Both the position numbers and the translations under genes were made by a program. A stretch of 29,186 bases of DNA from Fimbriimonadales bacterium (GTDB taxonomy: Bacteria > Armatimonadota > Fimbriimonadia > Fimbriimonadales > GBS-DC), in contig JBDNDR010000001.1 of assembly GCA_046718995.1 (NCBI GenBank), forward strand, positions 1-29,186, written 5' to 3'. A model generated the notes under the pieces. That model did not search any database and had not been told where the DNA came from. It was given only the letters and a program-made list of their open reading frames with translations. Positions 7,951-16,377 of this stretch are shown piece by piece (the stretch's first letter is position 1; every line of letters starts with the position of its first letter).

Positions 7951-10216
7951 ATGCGAAAAGAGATGCAGATACGGTTGTCGCAAACCTTTCTAACCTGCTT
8001 CAACTTAGCGGGGGGGGGGGGGTAGAAGGAAGCTCTTAATCCCAGCACTGCTACTGCCAGCCTTACTGTCAGCTCAATTAGAAACACCCGAAGACCCTCC
8101 TCAAAACACTGACCCCAACTCTGCAACAAACATAGTGACCGAGAAGGACTACGGGCGTATTGTGGATGGTTTTCCTCGAACCGACCTTACCGCGTGTGCA
8201 TTCTCGCGTTTTGTGCTTGGTGAGGCTGTTCGTCTGTACACAAACCGTTTTCCCCGCTTCAACGAAAGCCATCCCCTTCGCCCATCACAGCCGCTCACAC
8301 TACAGGATATTCGTAGCTCCTACCTATCAATTGCAGGAATGGGATTTGCTCAACCCCCGACTCGTTTTTACTTGGTATCACAAACACTTTTCGAGCTAGA
8401 GTATCGCAGTACCTTGCCTAATGTCCTACGTGAGATTTACTATCCCAATAATCCGAACCCGTATACTATGCAGCTTCCTTATCTGTCGTTTCTACAACAG
8501 ATTTCATGGGGGCGGTTGCTGCCCTATCCTGATGCTCAGGCAACCATCGACGTGCGCACGCGGATGTGTCACAGCGCTGTGAACGCCTTGATTACTCAAG
8601 ATTGCGCTGGTGTTACAGGCGCAGACAACTGCACGAATATAGTGGGGCATTTGCTCGTGAATCATCGTCCTGGTGACCGCTGTCATTCTGGCGGAGGCAA
8701 CGGTTGCCGCTGGTACGACCCTCCTTCACGCTTCGGGGATAGTTACCACCGATCGTGGACGACAGGCACGCTGACCCTGACCTTCAACTGGAGCGATACT
8801 CCTGCCACAAGCAGGATTCAGACGCCCCGTAGCAGTGCGATAGTAGAAGGCAACCAAATAAAATTGATTCCTGATAATAGTAATAATTTGTGGCTTGGAG
8901 CTGGTAGCGAGACCTATCAGGGACTGATTCTGATGCGGAAGCGCACCTTCTTAGACGGCATGAAAAGCCTTGACCCGTTAGGTTTTCCAGAGATAGGCGA
9001 GAACGAGCTGGTTTTTGAGGAAAGCAATAACAGGGTCTCGCTACGCACAGCATGCAGTGCTTGGTTCTTAGCCACGCCCCCAGAGTCATTTTTGCTAAGA
9101 ATTCCTATACCAGGCGGCGGAGAGAGTGTGCTTTCCGATTTGGTCGAATGGTATGCTTGGCGTATAAGATGGCTTAGTAGGATTCCTTTTTACTATCAGA
9201 ACGACTCTATTTTGGGTTATGGGTATGATCATCTTAGCTCATACAACCAAGAAGACCCTGACAACTATCGACCGAGGGGCAACATTTTTATCTCGCAACG
9301 GGCGACCTATTCGGCTGGCACGCTTCCTGATTATAACCCGAACCTCACAACCAACTGGCTGGGCTCTCAACAGATGGAGATGCGGTTTCGCCCGAATCCG
9401 AACTCCACTCAAGGCGAAACGGTGATAGGGCGAGCGCGTTTTGAAGTGTTCTTCCCTGCCACGGGCACACGTCATCCTGGCACTCTCTCGGATCCCTACA
9501 CGGGTCAGCGAGCTCCTAACTGGTTCTACTACTACTGGCGCGTTGTAGGAAGCCCTAACGATGTGCATTTTACCACTCATTCTCCTTATCCTGATAATGA
9601 CACAATTGGGGGATGGTATGACTCAGCCAACAGACAAATTTATATTCGTAATAAGGAAGGAAACTATGTTGAAGGGACGCTTCACTTGTTCCGAATAGGA
9701 ACAGCGCGATGTAATAATCAGCCGAGAGTGTTGATAGTGAGTGCGGATACTCTTCAAGTGCGAGGCATCCACGCATTCTTGAGAACGCTCTATCACGAGC
9801 GCGGGCATCAGTGGACATACCTCAACCATTTTCGGTCGCGCTCGGGCGCATTCTTCCCTATCGTAACCCAAAGTGGAGGATTTCGAGATCAAGATGGAGA
9901 TAGCCTCGACGACGAGTGGGAAGCAATGAACGGTCTTTGCCCGCACAGTAAAGATACGACAGGGCTTTTTGATGATCCCCCCTACGATGAGTTAGGCGGT
10001 GATCCGGAAGTAGTGGTAGAAATATATGCCTATCGCCACTTATTGCAAAACCAATCCCTCTGGCGGCACGACTGGTCGGACAAGGGACTGCAAAAGGGCA
10101 ACCCCCTTGAACGCTTCCCTTCCTTCCCCTGGACTTACACCAGTACACGGCGGAACAATTCTGCCTACAACGACCTACTAACTGATATGCCGTGCCCGTT
10201 CGGCAACTGTCCGTAG
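7951..10216 (+). CDS. Large secreted HExxH metallopeptidase-like protein, frame broken at the G13 tract (phase-OFF allele or homopolymer error)
   Basis: ATG 7951 reads MRKEMQIRLSQTFLTCFNLAGGGG-TAG. The frame starting at 8024 reads RRKLLIPALLLPALLSAQLETPEDPP and continues without a stop into ORF 8135-10216. The C-terminus has LYHERGHQW, DQDGDSLDDEWE and GGDPEVVVE. Confidence 0.8.
8010..8022 (+). repeat. G13 homopolymer inside the 5' coding region of the large secreted-protein gene
   Basis: caacttagc-G13-tagaagg; by far the longest homopolymer seen in the window. Confidence 0.95.
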
Positions 10217-10240
10217 TCTAACAAAAACAACAGGAGGCGA

Positions 10241-11422
10241 ATGCAGATGCAGACCATCCAAAGACTGAAACTCACGCTCAGCAGTATCACCCTGCTGAGC
10301 AGTTGGCTCTTGTTGAACGCTCAGCCTGAGAGCACCCTGCCCACACCCCCACAACCCCAATCCCTGCCCTACCCTTCCCAAGCCCTGCTGTTTGCCCAAC
10401 AGGTGGAACAGTACGACCCTAACGATGTGTATGACCGATACAAACTCTATGTTGTCCTGCGTAGTCAGGATGTGCCGCTGGAACAACGCAAGACGCTGGC
10501 GTTGCGTATCCTGACAGGCAACTATCCCAGCCGACCTGACTTTACTGGGTACAGTGAGGGCATATACGGCTTGTGGGTGGGTGCGTTGGTGGCGTTGTCG
10601 CACATCCATATGGACGACCCGTCGCTCATTCCGTTTTTGGAGGAGTACTTGCCCAAGTGGGAGCAGGCGGTCTCTGCCAGCGATCCCGACCAGTTGCCGT
10701 CTGAGATTCGGCGTTTGGCGAGGCGCACTTCGCCTAATGTTCAGTTGGCGCGTGCGTTGTTGTATCGGTTGAAGGCGGTGGAGGCGGTGCCGCAGGTCAA
10801 GTCGGGTGCTGATTTGGAGAAGCGGTTGGAGGTGATGCTGAAGGAGGCAGGGTTGACCCGTCAGCAGATGTTCCAGTACTACGAGGAGTATTTGGAACGG
10901 TTGCTCAACAGGCGTTTCACGGCGCCGGATTCGCGCCCTGTTAGTTTAGCCTACTGGTTAGCGGAGGAGTATGGGCGGATGCTGTTTCATTACGCCAAGC
11001 GCGGGATAGATGTCAGCGGGATAGTGAAAGCGGACAGTACGGACAAGGTGATGACAAAGTGGTCTGAACAAGTTAGGTTCGCCAAGTTAGCCGTTCAACC
11101 AGAACAGTTGATACGGGAGCTGCTCAAGCAGAGAATCACGGACGAGAGGTACGGGCAGATACTGGTGGATGAAGGCGTTCGGGTGGTGCCGTTGATTATT
11201 CAGCAACTGGAAGCCCTCAAGCACGACCGCAGTCAGGTCTCGGACACGGGGATGGGGCTGGTGACGCTGTTGGAGGCGTTGGTGACGCTGGTCGGCAAGT
11301 CGGCTGTGCCGTTGTTGGAGCCGTTCACGCAGGATGAGCGGGAGTGGCTCTGCGCCTATGCCCAGATGGCTATCCAGAAGGCACAGGAGGGCAAGGTGTT
11401 TGGGTTCCATCCCAGCCTGTAG
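10241..11422 (+). CDS. Secreted alpha-helical (HEAT/PBS-like C-terminus) protein, partner of the upstream gene
   Basis: RBS AGGAGG; signal peptide ending LLNAQ; LLEALVTLVGKSAVPLLEPFTQDEREWLCAYAQMAI resembles a HEAT-like repeat; starts 24 nt after the upstream stop. Confidence 0.75.
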   Translation: MQMQTIQRLKLTLSSITLLSSWLLLNAQPESTLPTPPQPQSLPYPSQALLFAQQVEQYDPNDVYDRYKLYVVLRSQDVPLEQRKTLALRILTGNYPSRPDFTGYSEGIYGLWVGALVALSHIHMDDPSLIPFLEEYLPKWEQAVSASDPDQLPSEIRRLARRTSPNVQLARALLYRLKAVEAVPQVKSGADLEKRLEVMLKEAGLTRQQMFQYYEEYLERLLNRRFTAPDSRPVSLAYWLAEEYGRMLFHYAKRGIDVSGIVKADSTDKVMTKWSEQVRFAKLAVQPEQLIRELLKQRITDERYGQILVDEGVRVVPLIIQQLEALKHDRSQVSDTGMGLVTLLEALVTLVGKSAVPLLEPFTQDEREWLCAYAQMAIQKAQEGKVFGFHPSL

Positions 11423-11470
11423 CGCGCCAGAGGACTAAGCGTTCGGAAAGGGATCACCAGCCTCAAAATG

Positions 11471-11499
11471 AACAGGGGAGGCACACAGCCTCCCCCGTT
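11471..11499. terminator. Probable bidirectional intrinsic terminator between convergent units
   Basis: AACAGGGGAGGC-acaca-GCCTCCCCCGTT; T-rich on both sides. Confidence 0.75.
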
Positions 11500-11508
11500 G
11501 TTGAAGTA

Positions 11509-11757
11509 TTAGAAGAAGTTGAAGATAACTTCCAAGAGTTTCACAATCCAATCGGGACGCGCCACGATACGCCGCATGAACTGGAGAACTCGTTGTCGCA
11601 AGATCTGACGCTTACTCCGCCGGAGCCGACGCTTCTTACTGGGCACAGGGTAGAACTTCTGAGGTTTCGTTTTGGGAACTCGGTTCACAGGACGCTTAGT
11701 GCTTCGGCTTTTGCTCCGAATGTAAGTGCGATTCGTTAACCGATTCTTATCGATCAC
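11509..11757 (-). CDS. Putative ~82-aa highly basic small protein with a hydrophobic C-terminal helix; start codon uncertain
   Basis: Upstream TTGACA-N19-TACAAT and AAAGGAGGTGATC; 26 K+R versus 3 D+E; stop is 9 nt before the terminator. Confidence 0.5.
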   Translation of the reverse strand: MIDKNRLTNRTYIRSKSRSTKRPVNRVPKTKPQKFYPVPSKKRRLRRSKRQILRQRVLQFMRRIVARPDWIVKLLEVIFNFF

Positions 11758-11777
11758 CTCCTTTGCAAAAGCTAACA

Positions 11778-11808
11778 ATTGTACCCGACTATCCTCCCTG
11801 CTTGTCAA
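11778..11808 (-). promoter_or_regulatory. Sigma70-like promoter with a 19-bp spacer (TTGACA-N19-TACAAT)
   Basis: Reverse complements of TGTCAA 11803-11808 and ATTGTA 11778-11783; GGG precedes the -10 as at other promoters here. Confidence 0.55.
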
Positions 11809-11968
11809 GTGTTTCAGGGGTTTTTGAAAGCCAAATGGGCGAAATTGGCGCAATTTTTGGGTCATGCCGTGTAAATCCGTTCGCACAACCCCTGACAAAG
11901 CTAAGCATAGGTTGCCCTTTCCCTATGTCCTGAGGCAGGCACGAATCAGACAGAGGTACACTTTTGCT

Positions 11969-13051
11969 ATGGGCTACAAAGTTGGAGCGCTCGGACTATT
12001 GGTCGGCTGGTTGGTCATAGCCAATAGCTATGCCCTCGCCGACCCAGAAGACACTGTGATTCGCCCCACTGCCTCTACTCAAGCGATGCCGACCCGACCG
12101 ACCGAACTGCTGGATCCAGGCAAACTGGTGGTGCGGGTGCTGGTGCTGAACTTTGACCCCATCGTGCCGCAGGAAGGTGGGAAGCGCCTGCATGCGGTGG
12201 GCAAGTGGAACGACCCACGCCACCTCGCCAAAGAGTATGCGCGCGAGGTGTCCGAAGCCAGCCAAGGGTTCATCGAGTTCCAAATCGTGGGATGGCGCGA
12301 CTTGGACGAGTTCCCTCTCAAGGTGGACGGTTTCACCTACACGATGGAGCAGTACTTGGAGTGCCTGCGCACTTGGAAAGGCTGGCACGAACCGGACGGG
12401 ACGGACTACGAGAAGGTGCTCCTCAAACATGGTGTTCACGAGCTCATCGACAACGACAAGATTGACGAGGTCTGGATGTTCGGGGCGCCGTATATGGGGT
12501 TCTGGGAGTCAGCGATGGCAGGTCCGGGCGCGTTCTTCATCAACGGGGGCGTGTACGATAAGTTCCCCACCCAGCGTCCGTTTGCGATTATGGGCTTCAA
12601 CTATGAGCGCGGGGTCGCCGAGATGCTCCATAACCTCTGCCACCGAACTGAAGCGACGATGACACGCATCTACGACGGCTGGAAGTCCGACCAGCTGGTA
12701 CATAACTGGGCACGCTTCGCGGCGAACGCGCATCAGTCCAACGGCGTCTCGGCGGTCGGCACTTGCCACTATCCCCCCAACGGCGAGAAGGACTACGACT
12801 ATGCCAACCCGCGCACGGTGGTCAGCGCCGCGCCCGACTGGCTTCACTACCCCAACCTTACAGGCAGGACGATGCCCGTCAATCGCGAGACTTGGGGCGG
12901 CCCCGACTACCATCTTAATTACATGCGCTGGTGGTTCCGCCATCTGCCCCGCGCTAAGGGCGTCAACGAGGACGGTCGCCTGAATAACTGGTGGCGTTAT
13001 GTGTACGAGTTCACCCGGTACGACGCAAGAGGCAAGCCCATCGCACGCTGA
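11969..13051 (+). CDS. Secreted conserved hypothetical protein with a zincin-like HxxxH motif
   Basis: ATG 11969 with GAGGT RBS; signal peptide MGYKVGALGLLVGWLVIANSYALA; IDEVWMFG...GFNYERGVAEMLHNLCHRTE. Confidence 0.75.
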   Translation: MGYKVGALGLLVGWLVIANSYALADPEDTVIRPTASTQAMPTRPTELLDPGKLVVRVLVLNFDPIVPQEGGKRLHAVGKWNDPRHLAKEYAREVSEASQGFIEFQIVGWRDLDEFPLKVDGFTYTMEQYLECLRTWKGWHEPDGTDYEKVLLKHGVHELIDNDKIDEVWMFGAPYMGFWESAMAGPGAFFINGGVYDKFPTQRPFAIMGFNYERGVAEMLHNLCHRTEATMTRIYDGWKSDQLVHNWARFAANAHQSNGVSAVGTCHYPPNGEKDYDYANPRTVVSAAPDWLHYPNLTGRTMPVNRETWGGPDYHLNYMRWWFRHLPRAKGVNEDGRLNNWWRYVYEFTRYDARGKPIAR

Positions 13052-13052
13052 G

Positions 13053-13805
13053 ATGCGTAAGGATGGCTACTGTGCCCACGGCGCAGGGCTGGTGCTGGCG
13101 AGGTTGGAACGCCTCCACTCCGGCGACCGCGAGGAGCTGTTCCGCCTACAGGTGTGCCTGAACCTGTTTCAGACCTGCTACCCACCGACGCGCATCGCAT
13201 ACTGGAAGCGGCGTATTCGGCGCGGACTGCGAGCGTTGAACGCCCTCCACGACCATCAGCAACTCCTCCACTGGGTCGCCAGACAAAGTCCCAGCCCAGC
13301 CGAGCGATCGGGGGTTCGGCGTGTTCAACTGCGCCTGAGCCAGCAACTGGAGCGTCTCCAACTGCAAGCCGAATCGGCATGGCAGAGTCTCCTCGATTCG
13401 CACACGCTGAACGAGATTCGTGGGCTGAGCCAGCGGTGGGTGGAACTGCACTCTGCGGAAGCCCCCTGCCCTGCCTACACCGAGCGAGAGTGGACACGCT
13501 TCGTGCGCGAGCATCTGCCTGCGCTCCACTCCGAGACGATGGCGTTAGAATCGCGCTGGGGACGGCTCCATGCCCTCGTGGTCGGCGCCGAACTGATGGG
13601 CATCGCAGTACCGTGTGAGTGGCTCGCGGCGTACCAAACGGTCGCCCACAAGCGGTTCATCCAGAGCGCGCAGAGGATTCTTCAAAGCCTCTGGGAGGCG
13701 GAGCAAACCTATGCCCAACAGTACTATGGTCATACACGTGCCCTCTCGCGATTGCAAGCCGGCTGGGAATTTTTACAGAAACATGTGGAGGAAACGCATC
13801 CTTAA
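13053..13805 (+). CDS. Degenerate CHAD-like helical protein
   Basis: ELFRLQVCLNLFQTCYP...WKRRIRRGLRALNALHDHQQL resembles the CHAD N-terminal pattern; ATG 1 nt after the upstream stop. Confidence 0.45.
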   Translation: MRKDGYCAHGAGLVLARLERLHSGDREELFRLQVCLNLFQTCYPPTRIAYWKRRIRRGLRALNALHDHQQLLHWVARQSPSPAERSGVRRVQLRLSQQLERLQLQAESAWQSLLDSHTLNEIRGLSQRWVELHSAEAPCPAYTEREWTRFVREHLPALHSETMALESRWGRLHALVVGAELMGIAVPCEWLAAYQTVAHKRFIQSAQRILQSLWEAEQTYAQQYYGHTRALSRLQAGWEFLQKHVEETHP

Positions 13806-13825
13806 CCTGCCTCTAATATCTAATC

Positions 13826-13835
13826 GGGGTAGAAT
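13826..13835 (+). promoter_or_regulatory. Putative -10 element GGGG-TAGAAT
   Basis: Intergenic, 56 nt upstream of ATG 13892. Confidence 0.5.
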
Positions 13836-13891
13836 TGGCGAGGCGTGAGACTGACACCCTCTGTCGAGGCAGAGCAGTTTGAAGGTGAGTT

Positions 13892-14989
13892 ATGAGATTG
13901 AAAACGACGAAAGGTTGGACGAGTTTTCTGCTGAGTTTAACGCTGGTTCTTGGCTGGGCACAGCAGGAGGTACGCATTCTAAACTGGAACATCGCACGCT
14001 CGGTGGGCGCGAATAACCCCGAAAGCACACGCCAACCCTATACCGCCAAAATCATGAACCACCTCCGCCCCGACATCATGATCCTGCAAGAGGTCGGAGG
14101 CAACACCAGCGGCTGGAACGCCCTGAACCAAGAGCAGGCGCTGGACACCTTCATCCGCACGAACCTCACCTTCTTCGGCTCGAACCCCCAACGCAACCGC
14201 GACTACTACCTCTATGTGAATCGCCTCTCTGATGGTTGGATTAGCAACGCCATCGTGAGCCGGTTCCCCATGATTTCGGCGACCGATGTCTCCATCGGTT
14301 CGCCCAACCGCGGGCTGACCATCGGGCTAATCAATGTGCCCGGCACGAACGGACTGGGAGTGATGGGGGCGCACTTCAAGGCGGGCGGGACGACCAACGA
14401 TGCGGTGACTCGCCAAACCAACGCCGAAAACACACGCAACCGAGTGCTGGAGTGGCGCCGTCAGAACCGACGCTCTGCCCTGGTACTCGGAGGCGACCTG
14501 AACGAGAACGAAGACCCCGACCTATCCTCCACCTTCCAGATTGGGGGCACTCTGCCCGATGGACGTACCTATGCGCCGATTAGTACCGTCGAATCGGCAC
14601 GCCTGCGCGACCCAGTGCCCTTAGATGGCTTGGGCACAAAGCGCACCTACCAAATCACCGCCAGCAACACCACCCCACGCCGACGGCTGGACCATCTGTT
14701 CGTCTCGGCAACCGAGCTGGGACGCGACCGTATTAATGTGATCGAGGCGATCCTATTCAACACGCGCCGAATGCCGAACCTGCCCAGCGGGTTCCAGATA
14801 GACGACAGCCCCAACGCCTCCGACCACGCAGCCCTGTTCTACCGCCTTCGGATTGACCGCTGGCAGAGCCTTGGCAATTCCGATGCGGGCTACTGGGTTC
14901 CCGAACCGAACTCTTTGCTTCAGCTGGTGGTGCTGGTCTCAGGGAGCGGGGTCTGGCTGGGCATCCGCCGGCGACGGCTCACGAGCTAA
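13892..14989 (+). CDS. Exported endonuclease/exonuclease/phosphatase (EEP) family protein with PEP-CTERM sorting signal
   Basis: Signal peptide; ILNWNIA, IMILQEV, VLGGDLNE, RRLDHLFVS, ASDHAAL catalytic motifs; C-terminal VPEP-TM-RRRR. Confidence 0.9.
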   Translation: MRLKTTKGWTSFLLSLTLVLGWAQQEVRILNWNIARSVGANNPESTRQPYTAKIMNHLRPDIMILQEVGGNTSGWNALNQEQALDTFIRTNLTFFGSNPQRNRDYYLYVNRLSDGWISNAIVSRFPMISATDVSIGSPNRGLTIGLINVPGTNGLGVMGAHFKAGGTTNDAVTRQTNAENTRNRVLEWRRQNRRSALVLGGDLNENEDPDLSSTFQIGGTLPDGRTYAPISTVESARLRDPVPLDGLGTKRTYQITASNTTPRRRLDHLFVSATELGRDRINVIEAILFNTRRMPNLPSGFQIDDSPNASDHAALFYRLRIDRWQSLGNSDAGYWVPEPNSLLQLVVLVSGSGVWLGIRRRRLTS

Positions 14990-15223
14990 CCTCTGACCGC
15001 TCGCAAGTTTACGGGATTCCGCCGAATTCACAGAACATCGGCGACCCCGTGCCGTCTATGAGTACAGAACATCACATAACGCATCCAGCGGGTAATCCTG
15101 CCTGCTCCTCAGATGCTATTTTATTGGCGACCCTCTCAAAAGTAGAGTTATCCATACAGCATGATGACGACCTCTCGCGTCTATCGTGTATGGCTGGACT
15201 CTATATAAACTTAGGAGGATGTT

Positions 15224-16090
15224 ATGAATAAACGGCATGGGTTTACTTTGATTGAGCTGTTAGTGGTGATTGCCATCATAGCGATTTTGGCGGCAATCCT
15301 GTTCCCTGTGTTTGCGCAGGCACGTGATGCAGCACGCAAGACAAGCTGTCTGAGCAACTTCAACCAGGTCTCTAAGTCGCTGCTGATGTATGTACAGGAC
15401 TACGATGAGACCCTGCCACCGCTCATGCACTCCACCGCGGCTTTCTTTGTCAACTATGACCCGAACACCGACAAGGTCTGGCCCCAACTGGTGGCACCGT
15501 ATGTGAAGAACTGGCAGGTCTTCCGCTGTCCGTCCGACCCATTTGCGAACGAGAGCACGCTGGTAGAACCTTGGTGCGTCGATGCGCAGGGCGACAACAC
15601 CTACTGCTTGGGCATCAAAACCAACTTGGGCTACAACTATGTATATCTTAGCCCGATGGACACGAACGCCAAGAACATCGGTCGTCCGTTAGCCGCTATT
15701 TCACGCCCAGCGCAGACGGTGATGCTCGTCGATAGCGTGTGGGACACTTCTCCGGCAGGGGAAGGTACTGGCGGTGGCAACTGGTTTGTGGAGGCACCTT
15801 CCTTCGTCAACTCGAACACCATCTACTGGTTCGGTGGTTGGGCAATAGACGCTCAACCGGGCACGACCGACTACTGGCGCAAGTACGGTGGGACTTGGCC
15901 CTGGCACACCCGCCAGCGAATCGTGCAGAGCGGTCCGGAGTTCCCCCATCACAGCGGAATCTCTAATGTGGCTTGGGTCGACGGACACACCAAAGCTGTG
16001 CGTCATCCTTACGACCTGATTGCTGGGGTGAACCCGCGCACCTACCAAGTGACCGACCCGACGGTCTATGTCTGGGGTGGTCAGGAGTAA
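15224..16090 (+). CDS. Prepilin-type N-methylation, DUF1559-like protein with C-terminal H-X9-DG motif
   Basis: [29 protein letters not shown]; CLSNFNQV; FRCPSD; [13 protein letters not shown]; RBS AGGAGG. Confidence 0.92.
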   Translation: MNKRHGFTLIELLVVIAIIAILAAILFPVFAQARDAARKTSCLSNFNQVSKSLLMYVQDYDETLPPLMHSTAAFFVNYDPNTDKVWPQLVAPYVKNWQVFRCPSDPFANESTLVEPWCVDAQGDNTYCLGIKTNLGYNYVYLSPMDTNAKNIGRPLAAISRPAQTVMLVDSVWDTSPAGEGTGGGNWFVEAPSFVNSNTIYWFGGWAIDAQPGTTDYWRKYGGTWPWHTRQRIVQSGPEFPHHSGISNVAWVDGHTKAVRHPYDLIAGVNPRTYQVTDPTVYVWGGQE

Positions 16091-16095
16091 GCGCG

Positions 16096-16326
16096 ATGAA
16101 CAAGCAACTGTTGACCGCGTTGGCGATTGTTGTGCTCTTAGCCCTGGGCTACTTTGTGGTGCGTGCGATGACCGCACCGAAAGCAGAAACGCTAACTTTC
16201 CCCGACGGTCCCCGACCGGAGGGCATGCCCGGACAGTTATCGCCTCACGGGGGTGGGTTTACGACACCTCCTCAACAGCAACAGCCTGCCGCAGGGCTAC
16301 CAGCACCCCCTGGCAAGGGGCGATAG
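16096..16326 (+). CDS. Small single-TM Pro/Gly/Gln-rich partner protein
   Basis: MNKQLLTALAIVVLLALGYFVVRAM...; ATG 5 nt after the prepilin stop, followed by a terminator. Confidence 0.75.
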   Translation: MNKQLLTALAIVVLLALGYFVVRAMTAPKAETLTFPDGPRPEGMPGQLSPHGGGFTTPPQQQQPAAGLPAPPGKGR

Positions 16327-16329
16327 GAT

Positions 16330-16360
16330 GAAGGGGGGCATATGCCCCCCTTCCTTTATT
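16330..16360 (+). terminator. Intrinsic terminator (perfect 24-bp palindrome plus T-rich tail)
   Basis: GAAGGGGGGCAT|ATGCCCCCCTTC then CTTTATT. Confidence 0.8.
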
Positions 16361-16361
16361 C

Positions 16362-16371
16362 GGGGTATACT
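16362..16371 (+). promoter_or_regulatory. Putative -10 GGGG-TATACT in leaderless position for hisC
   Basis: Ends 6 nt before ATG 16378; no SD. Confidence 0.6.
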
Positions 16372-16377
16372 TGGGCT

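Noticed and set aside
7681-8272. Minus-strand ORFs 7681-7983, 7752-8129 and 8078-8272
   Set aside because: They cross the strong plus-strand promoter and signal-peptide region and have no motifs or RBS.
11344-11739. 131-aa plus-strand ORF
   Set aside because: Overlaps gene 2 out of frame and crosses the terminator; the minus frame has promoter, SD and terminator support.
11750-11764. GATCACCTCCTTT, identical to a 16S rRNA 3' end
   Set aside because: No further 16S similarity upstream; better explained as an extended SD on the minus strand.
7521-11900. Calling the cassette a mobile element
   Set aside because: No transposase, integrase or terminal repeats were found; only composition suggests foreign or variable origin.
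15030-15073. 10-bp direct repeat ACAGAACATC twice
   Set aside because: Only two short copies; not a CRISPR array and plausible by chance.
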